Shown: positions 15,400-29,780 of the stretch, piece by piece
Layout of the letters: the number at the start of each line of letters is the position of its first letter
How positions within the stretch are numbered: position 1 is the first letter of the stretch
Assembly (NCBI RefSeq): GCF_006345805.1
Contig: NC_043019.1
Span: forward strand, 8,431,360 to 8,495,359
Source of the DNA: Octopus sinensis
Lineage: Eukaryota
Direction: 5' to 3'
Length of the DNA stretch: 64,000 nt
Position numbers and translations under genes: made by a program
Notes under the pieces: model-generated
Seen by the model: the letters and a program-made list of their open reading frames with translations, nothing else
Told to the model about the DNA's origin: nothing
The model's database searches: none

Positions 15400-16080
15400 T
15401 TGCAAAATGAAACGCTGTGAGTTCTCTGAAAACAGCTTGATGTCCGCACAAACAGAAGCAACCAAAGCAAGTAAGGCTGAGAGTTCTGAGAAATACAAGA
15501 AAATGGACGATCTGAAGCTGTTTGCTAGAAAATACGAAGAGCTAGTAGAGCTGCTAACAACTGTTAAATATTTCAGCAATGACATCCGGATGGATTTTGG
15601 CCTTGGTAAGTGTGCTAAAGCAACTTTTGTAAGAGACAATCTTAAACCAACAGCTTGTATTAACTTATATACCGACGCTACCATCCAGTGGTTGACCAAG
15701 AAGAAAATTACAAATACCTGGGCACAAACAAAGGAGGTGGTATAAAAAATGCTACTATGAAGGAAAAAATAGGAAAGGAATATTACAGGGGAATAAGACT
15801 CATACGAAAAACTGAACTCAACTAAACGAAGCCATTAACATCCTGGCACTTCCAGTAATCCAAAACAGTTTTAACATAATTAACTGGAATCTTACACAGG
15901 TCTATTGCCTGGACAGGAAGACAAGAAAAATACTGACATCTAAGAACATGCACCACACATAAGCAGACGTTGATCGTTTGTACCTGCCTAGAAATAATGG
16001 GGGGAAAGAAAATAATGCAGGTAGAACTGTACTCTAACACCTCGTCAATAGAAATGAACAGGTACTTATCTAGTACAGAG
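15400..16080 (+). mobile_element. R4/Dong-clade (RLE) non-LTR retrotransposon reverse-transcriptase fragment, disrupted
   Basis: MDDLKLFAR...FSNDIRMDFGLGKCAKATF matches the YMDDLKL...FGLDKC RT motif; downstream frames give KEKIGKEYYR, KTELN and LDRKTRKILTS. Confidence 0.9.
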
Positions 16081-16128
16081 GACTAACTTTGTAGCTTTCT
16101 TTTTTCCACGTGCTACAAAAAAAAGACG

Positions 16129-16541
16129 TTACTCTTTTACTTATTTCAATCATTTGACTGCGTCCATGCTGGAACACCGCCTTTAGTCGAGCAAATCAAC
16201 CCCACGACTTATTCTTTGTAAGCCTAGTACTTTTAATATAGGTGTATTTTGTCGAACTGTTAAGTTACGGGGACATCAGCACACCAGCATCAGTTGTCAA
16301 GCGATGTTAGCGGGGCAAAAACAGACACACACAAGCATACACACACACATAAATACATATATATACATACATATATACGACGGGCTTCTTTCAGTTTCCG
16401 TCTACCAAATCCATTCACAAGGCTTTGGTCAGCCCGAGGCTATAGTAGAAGACACTTGCCCAAGGTGCCACGCTGTGTGACTGAACCCGGAACCATCTGG
16501 CTGGTTAGCAAGCTATTTACCACACAGCCACTCCTGCGCCT
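16129..16541 (-). mobile_element. tRNA-derived SINE, family A, near full length
   Basis: Minus strand starts ggcgcaggagtggctgtgtggtaaatagc (A-box-like) and ggttccgggttcagtc (B-box-like); internal (TG)n; 3' end ggcggtgttccagcatggacgcagtc...gtaaaagagtaa. Confidence 0.9.
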
Positions 16542-17281
16542 ATGTCATTTACAAACTTAATCTCACACAAACTCATGTTTAAAATTAAAACTGCTGAGCA
16601 TCAGGTGTACTTTTATAGATACAGTTATCATAAGTATAATTATAGTTTCATATGTATAGAAATATTTCTTTATGACGTTTTTCTTATCGAGAAGATATTG
16701 CGGCGTCTGTTAGTCTTCGCTAGTACTTAACAACAATCAAATTTGTTCGTTAGTATATCCTTAACAATATTGTTATACTCATTCACCCAAAACTCAGAAG
16801 ATATAAAGCAAAATAATTTGTCATTGCATGTGCAGACGTCGTTGTGTACTAAAATAACACGCCAATATGTCGCCAACGACAATATAATAATTTCCGAAAA
16901 TTATGATGTCAAAGTGATTTGCCTTTATTACACCTCACCTTTCTTTAATTTTAACCACATACCGATATAATTTGTAGAGTGCTTGGAATATTAACTTTTA
17001 CTCAGCCATTTTCAAGCGGCTGCTTAATATGATTTTTTTTACTAATAATACATCATGAATGCTACGCAGTGGTTAGGAGTTTTTACAAATTTACAATATA
17101 ACAATGGTATAAATGGAGGTTATGTTCATCGATAGAATGTAATTTCTTAATGCGCAAACGAAAACTTATATGACATTACCTGACACGTGACACGGCATAG
17201 AAAATCTAAACTCTTTCTTGTAATGTGAATCCGTTAAGTACAGCGAAAAATGAATACAATACGCAACCACAAACATGTATT

Positions 17282-17415
<134 letters not shown>

Positions 17416-20318
17416 ATAGAGGTGTGCATATATGTATATATGTATATGTGTATCTATATATTTGTTATAAATATTTATGTACATATGAATTCAGGCATGT
17501 ACATAATACTGTACTATGAATGTGTGTGTGTGTGTGTTCGTGTGTCTCAAAGAGAGAGAGAGATACCGACAGACAGGCAGACAGACAGACAGAAAGACAC
17601 AGAGAGAGAGAGAGAGACTGCCTCTAAATACACACTAGCGCAAGTAGTTCTATGTGGTACCAAATATTGCCACGCAATGTCTGTATCACATGCTTGATCT
17701 TAATTCTCGATCCCTTCGGCGATTTCTACTAAAGGGGAAAAACTTTCTTCTAAAGTGAGGTATATTCCACCTTAAATGTAGTGAATAAAGAGAGAACACT
17801 TAGGCTGAGCAGGTACTGGCTCACAGTGCTTGCTATGTGTCACATTTCACATTTCCTAATACCAAAGTATGGGTAGATCATCGAAATTGCTGTATGAGAG
17901 AAAAAAATCTGCAGTTGACTTGGCAGGGTATTCACAAGGAAAACACTAAATGTGCAACAGATCCTGACCACAAGCACGATAAACGGCGAATTATTGCTTC
18001 TGGACAACCCAGGCTTTTCATTGACATAGCGCAACTAGCGGTCTTCAAAACTGACATCAATGCTTTTGTATAAATTAACGCTAAAGAATCTGATTACGCT
18101 TGCAACTTTAAGAGGAATTTGTAGAATGATCAATGGCACAAAACTCCAATGTTTGTATGTGTGTGTGTGTAGTTGGATGCACGCAAACACGCACACATAT
18201 ACTATTACATACATGAACAACTCTACGTGTACATAGGTACGCACTTACATACATAAATATGAGGTATTTATGTACGTATATATGTATATATGCTCACACA
18301 CACACACACATACATATATTGCGTTGCCGCCTTTGCATAATGTAATAAAGTGTATACACATACACACCCAAACCTACCCTCTCATGCTCTCTCTCTCTCT
18401 ATCCCCCTGTCTCTCTCTTTGTCCCTCTCTTTCTTTCTCTCACTTCTAAGCCTCAATTTTGAAAGGCTTAATATAATTAAAATGAAAGATCTAGTTGGAA
18501 GCAGATGTCGATGAAACAAAATTTTCCAAAACCACTTCTCGTTGTAAGGCAACAAGATATATCTTAAATGCCTTAAACTATGGAGATTCGGAGTTGACAG
18601 AAACAAGGAAATACTTAAGAAATATTGAATTTAGATCTTTCAGTGTCACCATATTTAACTTCGTCACAAAGCCACTTCAACAATGAAGCACCTCAGGAGT
18701 TGATATCTTATCTAATACAATAATACCACACTGGAATGCTGGAAATGAGAAATGTCGACAGATTTTGAAGAACAAAAAGTTAGAGAAAAATGTGAACTCA
18801 ACAAGAAACTAAAAACTGAAAGAGAAGTTTATGATATTGCTGCCTTCAGTCATTGGCAAAAAATAAAGCTCAAAATATGTTTGTTGGAATGTGCGAAAAT
18901 ATTCATTAAATGGCATATCAAGACAAGTATATCCCCGAATTTGGTTCCTCATAACTTTCAGAATAATGGAAATCTTTCAATGAATTCATTTACAGATTGG
19001 AGTCAGGTGGTAAAGATTCCGTTTTTATCAGAATTTGTTATGAAAATCTTCTCCACTTGTGGGGAGAGGAGTTTCGTAAAATCCCTCACGTCAAACTCGT
19101 TTCATTATAACGTCTAGGAGAAAGTGTACTTCTTAATGACATTTTCTCCAAATAACTTTCAGAATGTTCATGTTACAATTATATTCGAATTTCATGTGGA
19201 AAAGAGAAATGGTGGGCACGCACACATCCATACAAGCACACATCATGTGTTTATCTACAAAATGAGACCAGAAATTTCGTACAGAAAAAAGCATGTATGT
19301 TGGAATATATGTGTACGAGCTCACCATGTTTGTCTCTTTATTTAATATTCCAATATAATCGATATCATCCCAATCTGAAAGTTATTTCAACAAAATATCA
19401 TGAAAAAAATTCACATTTTTCTGAAATAATGGAGAAACAATGCTGAATCTTGTGTATTTTCGGAAACTTCTCTCCCAATCCCCTGAAGAAATTCTTAATA
19501 AATTCCGATGTAATCAGTCTCCACGTCATTGGAAACGCATTTGTAGAAAATGTCATTAAAAAGTATCTCTTTTCCTGGGGGCAAACTTCTGTAGGTATGC
19601 TCATTAAATTGCAATGAATCTACTTAACAATACGGACATATATACTGAAATTTGATATTCAATTTTTTTTTTATATATACAACTTCTCTCACCATCTTAT
19701 TTAATTTAAAGAGATATCAAAAACGTGTAGCAGCCTGGGAATTTGTCACCTGCTTCAGATCTACGATGCAACCGTTTAATTTACAAGAAACGTCAACCAA
19801 ACTCCCTCAACTTTGGTCGTAGTTTATTAAAAAAACAGAGGATACATTAGGTGGTGATGTTTTTTTCAATACACTTAATCGTAATTGCATGAACGTTTGA
19901 TCATATATTTTGCCCATTCGACTCAAGAGAGACACAAATTTACTGAACAATGAATTTGAGTTGAGCTCACGTCTGCAAAGTGTGACAGTTCGGGATTTCA
20001 TATTCTCGTGAGTTTCTCTCAATTTTAGAATATCAATGTGATACGAAACTTGTATTTGAACGCATGACATTCAGCTCCGAATTAATAAATAGATAGCTGC
20101 GATTAATTTTGGGGGCGCGTATACACAAGACTAACACACGCACACACACGCAGAGACACACAGACAGACACACACATGCACACACATACACACACCCACA
20201 CCACACATACATACATACATATATATATTATTATATATAGATATATATTATATTACATAATATATATATTATATATATATATATATGTATTACTATATAT
20301 ATATATATATATATAGAG

Positions 20319-20361
<43 letters not shown>

Positions 20362-20392
20362 TATACATATATGTATATATATATATATATAT

Positions 20393-20444
<52 letters not shown>

Positions 20445-21193
20445 TGTATATATATAAGTACATGCGCGTATCTCGTTCTATCGGGACATGAACAGTTATG
20501 TTGTGTGCGGGAACAAGTAGCATATTTCTCGATAAATCAGACACACTTTTTCACCCCAAATCTTGATGTTGTAAACTCCTGGAGTTTGTTACAGCGAAGA
20601 TATGAATAGTTTATAGGCATGCATGCGTTTCACAAAAGGCTAGTGTTAATATAAATGAGAAAAAAACAACCATAGTTTATTTGAATGTGTTATTTTAAAC
20701 AAAACTAGCATTTTTCTGTTAAAAACAATTTTTCTAGTGCTTCTTAACATATAAAATATAAATCAGAGTAATCAATACGAGTGAAAAAGCTTTTAAATAC
20801 AGGTGGACTGGTGTCTAATGCGGAATACATTAACTCTCTTACAGTCACCGAAAGATTTCAGACCGAATTTTTCAAAAATTGTTTTCCAATATGAGACTTC
20901 GATTTAAAACACGTTATGCTGTTGACCGATGAGTGCTAAATGCAGTTAGCGCTGGGAAACGCCTAACAGTTGTTTTGGTTTTATATATATTAATAGTAAT
21001 AGTATAACCTCAAAAGAAATAATGATAGCTGGATATTATGTAAATAGAGGAATTTATCTGTAATATAACGTGAGAATTATTCGGTTACCATAATTTCCAC
21101 CCCGTCATCCGAAACTCGGAGTTTTTTTTATGGCAACGAAATTCTCACATATTATTACAAGATATTATGTATATATCTATATATATATATATA

Positions 21194-21281
<88 letters not shown>

Positions 21282-21282
21282 C

Positions 21283-21470
21283 CCCGATCGCCATGATAGA
21301 TCGGTAGCCACTGCATACATTTTTTCTCTCCTTGTTGCTTTTATCTGTGTCCCCCTTTTGTGTAGAAGTGCGTAGGCTCGAAACGTAAAATACTTATTCT
21401 ATTCCTGAGCCTTATACTAATATATCTGTCTGTTTTATACACCACCTCTCTTCCTCTTTTGTTTTTTCGT
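21283..21470 (+). mobile_element. (TA)n-associated repeat with degenerate hammerhead motif (Penelope-like terminal repeat remnant)
   Basis: Colinear with 58950-59150 (shared tcgccatgatagatcg and aggctc(g/a)aaacgt); 21356-21390 retains gctc-GAAA-cgta. Confidence 0.55.
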
Positions 21471-22675
21471 GAACTCTCTCTCTCTTTCTCTCCCTCCCTA
21501 TATATATATATATATATTATATATATATAGTTTTTATAGGCTAGCAGGAATTCGGCTTACATTTAAGTTCTGTACGGAACTTAAAACTGAAGAATTGTAT
21601 TTTAAGAATAGGTACAGTAATTGTCGGTTGCTTTGTTTTCCACTCTTGATATCTGAGGAAATGTGACTGTCATACAAAGGCTAAATTAAAAAATAAATGC
21701 TGTTAATTATGCACAAAGAATAGAAAAATAGAGCTGCCGAATGACATTTTAGCAGTAGAAGAAGTGATTCATTGCTTGGGAGACTAAGAAGTGGGATTGA
21801 AAATGATTAAAAATGAGAAGCGTCTTCTCATGCGGGGAAAGCAAAATGACAGAATCTTGAAAAGAATTTTACGAATAGGTTGTGGATCAGAGAAGGCCAC
21901 GAAGATCAGTTTCTATAAATATAATCATTTATGAAAAAAGCAATTGTTTATAAAACCTAAATCCCCATAGATCATGATGTTGTCGGTTCCTGAAAGACTA
22001 AGGCTTGGTTATAAATACAAAAAATCGGAAATTGCTTAGACAATTTCTATTAGTTTGCGATGGAAATTGCTGCACTTCAGAAATATATTATAATTTTAAA
22101 AGAAGAAATTTCATTTTAATTTTCTCAAACTGCAAACTTGATGACATTCAGTGATGAAAAATGATGGTTAGATATGGTTAAAGTCGGAATACTAATTTGA
22201 CATTAAAAAATTCGATGGAAACGTCCAAGATAAATTATAGTTTAAAAAATCTCTCTTCGTTTAGAATTACAATAATGCGACCTGGTTATTGTTTAACAAT
22301 TTAAATGTCATGGAAATAAAAGTTTTGGATAAATTGATGTAATTGTATAAAGCATTGATTAGTATTTTGTGATGTTGCAAATTTTTAATATTGATAGTAA
22401 TAATACTGGGAGATGGATTAATGTATTCCCATAGAGTTGTGCGCCTCATCTGAAGCTAAAGATTTGACATTGGTAATATCATTTGGTATATTTCTGGATT
22501 TATTTATTGAATAGTCTTCAGCATTAAAATATACGGGAAATTTCGTCTGAGCATTTTGAAGAATGTCCGCGATACGAAACTCTACAGTATCTTTCGGGTT
22601 TCATGAAGTTACAGTCACTAGTGGCTGGTTAGAGAATTTATATGGACACCAGACGAAGTTTGTGTAATTGCTCAC

Positions 22676-22842
22676 CTGGCTCTGCGTTCCATTTTTAAAT
22701 TTCAACCATTTTCATCGACCTCCTCAAGTTGAGAACACACCTTCTCCCGCTCGCAGATTAGTAAAAATGGCTCAAATTATGAGGAGGCGCGATGTGACAA
22801 TCGGTCTCCATTGTTTGAACATACTTGAAAGCACATTGATCA
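22676..22842 (-). other. Candidate internal exon (167 nt), probably non-coding or 5'UTR if real
   Basis: Minus-strand acceptor tattttccgttacag and donor CAG|GTGAGC; all three frames contain stops; ATG GAA CGC AGA GCC AG lies at the 3' end. Confidence 0.3.
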
Positions 22843-23173
22843 CTGTAACGGAAAATACAGATTCGGTCAGACTGCCGTCCAAACCAAGGTATAGTAAGAT
22901 TACAGCTCACTCATTTTACGTTTATACTCGGGAACTATGTTACGTATATCTAAAACATATTTGCATTATTTCAGAGTATCTAATTAAACGTGGGAACCTG
23001 ATCTAACGAGCATTCCGCTACATGTCTTGATCTGCTAGATTAAAGACGGAATAAACCTCGCTTTGCCATCTAACGTTTGTTTCTCATGAAAGAATATCTA
23101 AGTTTGCGGTTCATGACCTATTTATTTAAATCAGTTTTGCCACGGACACCTTTTAATATAAATATATATATAT

Positions 23174-23540
<367 letters not shown>

Positions 23541-24416
23541 TTTGAATTTAGCTCACGGACCCCCGTTCTACCTTTGTGGACAACCTGGGGCCGGCGGACA
23601 TAAAGTAAATTGACATCGATTTAACCATCAAATTAGTATAAAAGGTCACATGCAACGTTGTGATACTCTGAGTATATGAGCAGAAAATGAGGAAAAAAAG
23701 GAAGACGGAACAGTTTGTTAATTGCATTAATCGATCTGGATAATCCTTCGGTTAAACGAATCAAAAACTACCAATGAAACAAATATACATGCAACAAAAA
23801 TGATGTGTTTACTGCTGGAATGTTAGTGATGCTCGGGGCCTAAAACTAATCACCAAAACGAAATAAAGATTATGTATATAAATTGGATAATGCAGTTCTA
23901 CATACATTCACAGTAGACGAGGTGGTCACGTCTACAGACCTTGATAATAAGCCAACTTGATGAGTGGATATTGTGGCAACACAGGTTAAAGAAAAAAATT
24001 ATCATCACCACAAACAAAGCTGGAAAAACAAGAGCAATATTCGATCTCTTGTAAAGGAAATCCCCCGAGACCCAAGTGAAAGTATTTATTGTCTTATTCG
24101 CCATTCGGTTTATTTATTGCGTGCTTTGTACGCAGCTCCGCTGGGAGATTATTTTGTATTTCGGTACTTTGGGTGGGGGTGAGAATTTTGAGAATATTAG
24201 GGTTGATTTGGTCGATTATTTCCCCACTAAAATCCCTCGTCCACACACCTAACACACGTTCATGAATACATAAAGTTTACTTGTACCGAATCTGATGAGA
24301 GTATACATATATATAAATACATACATACATATAAATACACACATATATATATATGCATATATACGTGCACACGGACACATGCACATAAATGTATATATGT
24401 ATAATATATATGTATA

Positions 24417-24470
<54 letters not shown>

Positions 24471-26137
24471 TATGTAATTAGGAATACAACCAAAAAAGTA
24501 GGAACAAACGATTAAGTGCAAACAAAATCTAAGTAGATCAATGAACACATAAAAAACAACAACAACAACAGCAACAGTAATAGCATGATCAAGCACATCT
24601 TTGAATCAAATAATAAGAAAGACTACAATAGTAACAACACCAACAACATTCCACCACCACCACCACCACCACCACGACCACCACCGGTACCACCGCTACC
24701 AACATTATAATACACAGAAGAAAAAACAAATCATAACAAAGAAGAGAATATATAAGCATTAAAATGGTAGGAAAGATTCAACAAAGAATAACAAAGACAA
24801 ACAAAAATATGGCCAATCGAAAACAAATATTTTAGAAGAGAGCAGACAAAACAAGAACGATTGCTATCAGACAATAGCATTAGTTAATGGCGTCTAACAT
24901 GTTTGATTCACATATTGTTTAGCTTTCGAGATCGATAACGAGTATTTCAGATATGCAGCCATATTGAATTACCGCGTCTGCATATTTTTGTGCATTATGC
25001 TGCACAATATTATGAATTCAGAATGGCAAGAGTGAAATCGTATTGATGTATATTGGTTAGTAGTAGCATACATTTGAACTAGTTTTATGTATTTTTCGAT
25101 GATACAACACAAAGGAAAAAGAAAAAAAATTGTTCGACATAATGGAAGAAAAGTATTGAGGCCGCAATTTTATTTCACTAGTTAAACAGCACGAGTTACT
25201 ATTGAACATTCACACGCATATGTAAATATATTTACACATGCAAACATATATAACATACGCGTGTGTATGTGTGTATACGTGAATACGTAACTCTATTTAT
25301 TTTTGTGTGTGTGTGTATGTGTACACAGACACATATATATAATTAAAATTTATTTAAACTATGCATAAAAAGTGTATAATATCCTATTATTTTCTCTTTC
25401 TCTCTCTCTCTCTCTCAATCTGCTTGTCTCTCTCTTTCTGTTTACACTGGTCCGCTTTGCCACTCCTCGTACAGAAGTCGATAAAATAATTACACACAAG
25501 TAAAAAAGAAAAAAATATCTGTTGGCGTCCATGTTGCTTAGTAAATACTCGGAAAGGCTATTGACCGCGCTATGGTCACGGTGCAAATCAGTCACTTAAA
25601 ACAATAAAATGTTAATAAAGAGATTACACATTATCGAGGATATTGACCAGTATTGAAAGATAATATATTCGTAACAGAAGATTTTTTTTCCCAAAAGCAC
25701 TTTGTTGTTAAATGCACACTCCCCTCCCTAAGGTCGAAATTATAACATAATTTCTTTGTTGTGCAATCATTTATCTTTCTGATTTAAAAATTCTGGTATC
25801 CTGTAACATCTTCAGGAATAGTAGTGCATAAGAGATTCATGTGAATTCCTGGTTTTCAGGTTTCTTTCGTTTTTCGACTGCTGTTTGAATCCATTAAGCT
25901 TTGTCTATTATTGGTGTTCAGTTGGCTATTAAACGATAGAGGGATTTGTAAGGAAAAACTATTCTTAATTCCCCTTCACTTGTTTCAAATGTTCTTCTCC
26001 GTTATTTATACACACGTGCACGAGCTCGAACACAGAAACTCGCGCACAGGGTCATGTTTGCATATTGAAACCCGACCCCAACTGTCTTTACATATGAGCG
26101 TATCTATAGTTGAATGTATATTTATATATGCATACAT

Positions 26138-26178
<41 letters not shown>

Positions 26179-26194
26179 CACCCATATATAAATG

Positions 26195-26720
26195 AAAAAA
26201 ATCTGATTGAAAAAACCCCTTATAGAATAGTAGACGCCAACCAAAGATTCTTAAATACCACCCCACAAGAACAGAATTCACATTAGCGAATGAATCAGAA
26301 CTCTTTGAAAAAGAATGTGGAGATAGGAGATGTGGAACAAGCAACAACAATAACAGTTATAAATACTTAGAAAGTGGTTCACACATAAAATTCAAGAGCG
26401 GATTCTCGTTGAAAATAAATTCACATATGAACTTCAAAAGGCAGAACTTCATATACAGCTTTACCAGCCAAAATTGCATAGAAAATTACATTAGCGAAAC
26501 AAATAATTCCCTCTGCCAAACTTGCAAGAATCTACAGGCAACATATCCGACAAAAAGGATTGGCAAAATTTCACTGAGCAATCATCTAGAAATATGCGGT
26601 GAAGCAAAGTTCAAGACCTTTCCCTTTTACAGGATGACCCGCAGCACCGACAATCAATGGAGTTACACTTCATCAAAAATTTCTCCCCAAATTGAATGTA
26701 TGAAAGAAAAGGGGAGAATT
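26195..26720 (+). mobile_element. Penelope-like element linker and GIY-YIG endonuclease fragment, degenerate
   Basis: SRRQPKILK...ECGDRRCG (Cys linker) is in frame with NFIYSFTSQNCIENYISET (N.IY.ITC..C...YIGET-like) and SNHLEICG...FKTFPFY. Confidence 0.75.
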
Positions 26721-26805
26721 TGCATTTGTGATTCTAAACGTAGCTCCAATATTGAAAACATGATACTGATCTCTATAAATATCCAATTGTACATATATAT
26801 ATATA

Positions 26806-27085
26806 TTCAAGGGCCCACAGCATTTTAATATTCTCCCAAAGAGTCTGAGGAAATTGCACAAAGTAGATGTAAGGGATTTTAAATCAAAGCTGGACCTCTT
26901 CCTGTCGAGAGTCCCAGATGAACCTATCTCACGGCAAGAGGTGCAAATGAGGGTAGCTATATCAAACACCATTCTTCACCAAGTGCCGCATATTAGAGGA
27001 GGGTCTTAGTAATAACAGTGTAGCAAAACGGCGGTGCATCAGCATGGCCGCAGCTCCGAGATGAAACTGGAGAAATATAAATATA
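26806..27085 (+). mobile_element. CR1-group LINE 3' end fragment
   Basis: GPQHFNILPKSLR...FKSKLDLFLSRVPDEP matches the GP.LFN.LP...FK.KLD.FL..VPDEP terminus; 3'UTR contains ggcggtgcatcagcatggccgcag. Confidence 0.8.
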
Positions 27086-27506
27086 TATATATATATCATT
27101 GGGATAACCTAACTTCACGTATGTTTCTAAATTGTAAATATTGTTTGTTCATGCAGAACATGAAATTGATAAGAACCTGGTTTTATGATATTTTAATACA
27201 AAACGACGCCTTAAGGAAAGAGAAAAAAGAATACACTACTACTGTTGTTTCGGCCACAATATTTATAAAATGATACTAATATCTATAAGAGAAGGTTTTA
27301 TTTTTCTCATTTATAAGTATTGTACTAATATTTGTTACCTGACTGAACTTTCCAATGCAAACCATCGAGATTACACACTGTAGACATAGGCATATTTCCA
27401 AACACATGAAGACATGAACACTCATACGCACATACACACAAGCAATCACACACACACACACGCACACACAATCACACAAGTATATATATCCGGGGTGCGT
27501 AAGGTA

Positions 27507-27636
27507 TCTGTGATATTGAGCAGAATATTTGCTGTAGCCCATCTTTTATACCAAGACAAAACAATGTACATGATAACACTGCCAATCAGTTAAGATCAGA
27601 AGCCATGAGAGCCACTGTCTGGTATTAAATCAGGAC

Positions 27637-27637
<1 letters not shown>
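27507..27637 (-). mobile_element. Terminal fragment of the (AAT)n-flanked interspersed repeat
   Basis: gagcagaatatttgctgtagcccatcttttataccaagacaaaacaatgtacatgataacact is the near-exact reverse complement of the start of the 14632 copy; abuts (TTA)n. Confidence 0.8.

Positions 27638-27705
<68 letters not shown>
27638..27705. repeat. (TTA)n microsatellite
   Basis: Direct reading. Confidence 0.97.
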
Positions 27706-27706
<1 letters not shown>

Positions 27707-28149
27707 TCGATTTGCTTCTAAAAGACATTTCGTTCTGTTTTGCTGTCCATATGCTTTTGTTATTTGGCTTCAGTGCTGAATTGATATAACAAAATAAAGG
27801 TGAAAGATTTCCAGACGTGAATATAGGGATATGCAGAACCGCTGTGTTGGAAATTACGTTTCTATATTAAGAAATTCGAATGTAATTTGCAGTTCATATG
27901 ACAACTGTCAATATTTTGTTACAGGTCATGCTACTTCTGGGAGGTCAACACTTTGAATAGTTAATTATGTTCCTAAATAGTCGCTAACCACAATGGTCTA
28001 AAACATCCACAATTATCATGCTGTACTCATAATATCATAATAGCGTACTTGTACACGATGTATACATACACCAGCATCATATACGGGGCAAAGTTCACAA
28101 TAACAAACATATTGGGAACAAATACTCTATAGACATGTATGTATGTATA

Positions 28150-28184
<35 letters not shown>

Positions 28185-28247
28185 GTAGATAGATAGATAT
28201 ATATATACATATATATATATACATATATTTATATATATACATATATA

Positions 28248-28356
<109 letters not shown>

Positions 28357-28584
28357 TATTATATATAATATATATATGCAAATTTACATATATATATGTG
28401 CACACGTACACGCATATATTTATATATAGCTACAGCTAGTCAGAAAACGTAAACAACATGAAATACGAGGTAAAGTTGTGTATGCGAAAAACGGGGGAAA
28501 CAAATAGAAAACAAGGCAGGTAACAGAAAGAACGACGGTTCATCACTTGTCGGGAGTGTTGTTTACTTACATATATAATCTTTT

Positions 28585-28740
28585 CTACTCTAGGCTCAAG
28601 GCCCGAAATTTTGGGAGATAGGGGGGAGTCAGTCGATTAGATCCACCCCAGCACGCCACTGGTACTTAGTTTATCAACGCCGAAAGTATGAAAGGCAAAG
28701 TCGACCTCAACGCAACTTGAACTCAGAAGGTAAAGACAGA
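28585..28740 (-). mobile_element. SINE family B fragment
   Basis: ggtacttagtttatcaacgccgaaagtatgaaaggcaaagtcgacctc is the reverse complement of the family-B core gaggtcgactttgcctttc. Confidence 0.75.
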
Positions 28741-28932
28741 CGTGTGTGTCTTTGTGCTTGTATTTGTCCCCCGTAACAGGTTGAGAAATGCTGTTTGGCT
28801 TATCTGCCTCCTCATCAAGTAGCGATTCGGAAAAATGAATAACTACAAGGCTTAAACAAACGTATACGGATCCATTAGTTCGACTATAAATTACTCCGAG
28901 TCTTGCTCCAGCATGACCGAAATCCAATGACT
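28741..28932 (+). mobile_element. SINE family A 3' half, degenerate
   Basis: tttgtccccc...ttgctccagcatgaccgaaatccaatgact resembles the family-A tail. Confidence 0.55.
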
Positions 28933-29301
28933 ATACTCTTATAATTGAAACTCGTAAAAGCCATCAGACTTATTGCCTCATTTGTGTCCTTGAAGTTCCT
29001 AATTTAATCATTGTCCCTTTATTTTATATTTTCGTTTTTCTTTACCATTCTTTTCCTAGATACATCCCATATTTCTGCTAGGCTGATATCTTTTGAGGTT
29101 CACGTGTATACCTTCTTGGATTAGCTAATCGGTTGTAATCCAAAGTTATTCTAATATCAGGTTTATTCTCTTTCTGGACAATAAACGTAAATATTGCCTG
29201 TGGTCGCTTCGTTCCAGGAACGAGAATGAAGTTGTAAATATAAATGTCGTATGCCAACGTATTATTCTCGTGTGTATTTATGTCTATACAGTTTTACTTA
29301 C

Positions 29302-29480
29302 CAAACTCGAAGAATAAAACCCAGCACGCCATTGAGGTTGTCATCGTTTGCGTTGGGCACTGATTTATAAGTTTTACGGGAATCCAGAATGTTGCGCGCT
29401 CACCGCTTCCAATATTTTTATGCAGAATACTTTATCGATATTAATGAATGTTTTATGAGCCGCGCTTTACTGGCCATCTC
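29302..29480 (-). other. Candidate first exon or promoter-proximal exon; possible short frame MTTSMACWVLFFEF
   Basis: Donor TTG|GTAAGT at 29302/29301; locally CpG-enriched upstream (gcgcgc, ccgcgc); ATG at 29344. The 5' boundary is not determinable. Confidence 0.3.
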
Positions 29481-29519
29481 TGTTGATATTCAATCCAATG
29501 TTACATGTGTGCTTGCGTG

Positions 29520-29780
29520 TTCTTCCCCTTCTTCATCGTCTTCTTCTGCTTCTTATTCTTCATCTTCTACTCCACCTCCTCCTCCTCCTTCTCCTACATC
29601 TTTTTCTTCTCCTCTTCTTTCTCCTCCTCCTCCTTCTTCTTTTTCTTCTTCTTCTCCTTCTTCTCCTTCTACTTCTCATTCTTTTTCTACTACTTCTTCT
29701 TTTTCTTCTCCTTCTTCTTCTTCTCTTCTTCTCCTTTTTCTCCTCCTCTCTCTCCCCCTCCTCCTTCTTCTTCTCATTGT
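29520..29780. repeat. (CTT)/(CCT) polypyrimidine low-complexity tract
   Basis: Direct reading; accounts for the poly-S, poly-L and poly-F ORFs in the track. Confidence 0.95.

Noticed and set aside
17840-18244. Two abutting minus-strand ORFs with a hydrophobic stretch like a GPCR helix
   Set aside because: Interrupted by a stop, starts in a TG repeat and lacks diagnostic motifs.
22267-22620. LRR-like peptides (IPNDITNV, LLNNNQVALL) on the minus strand
   Set aside because: Short, in different frames and expected from AT-rich sequence rich in Asn, Leu and Ile codons.
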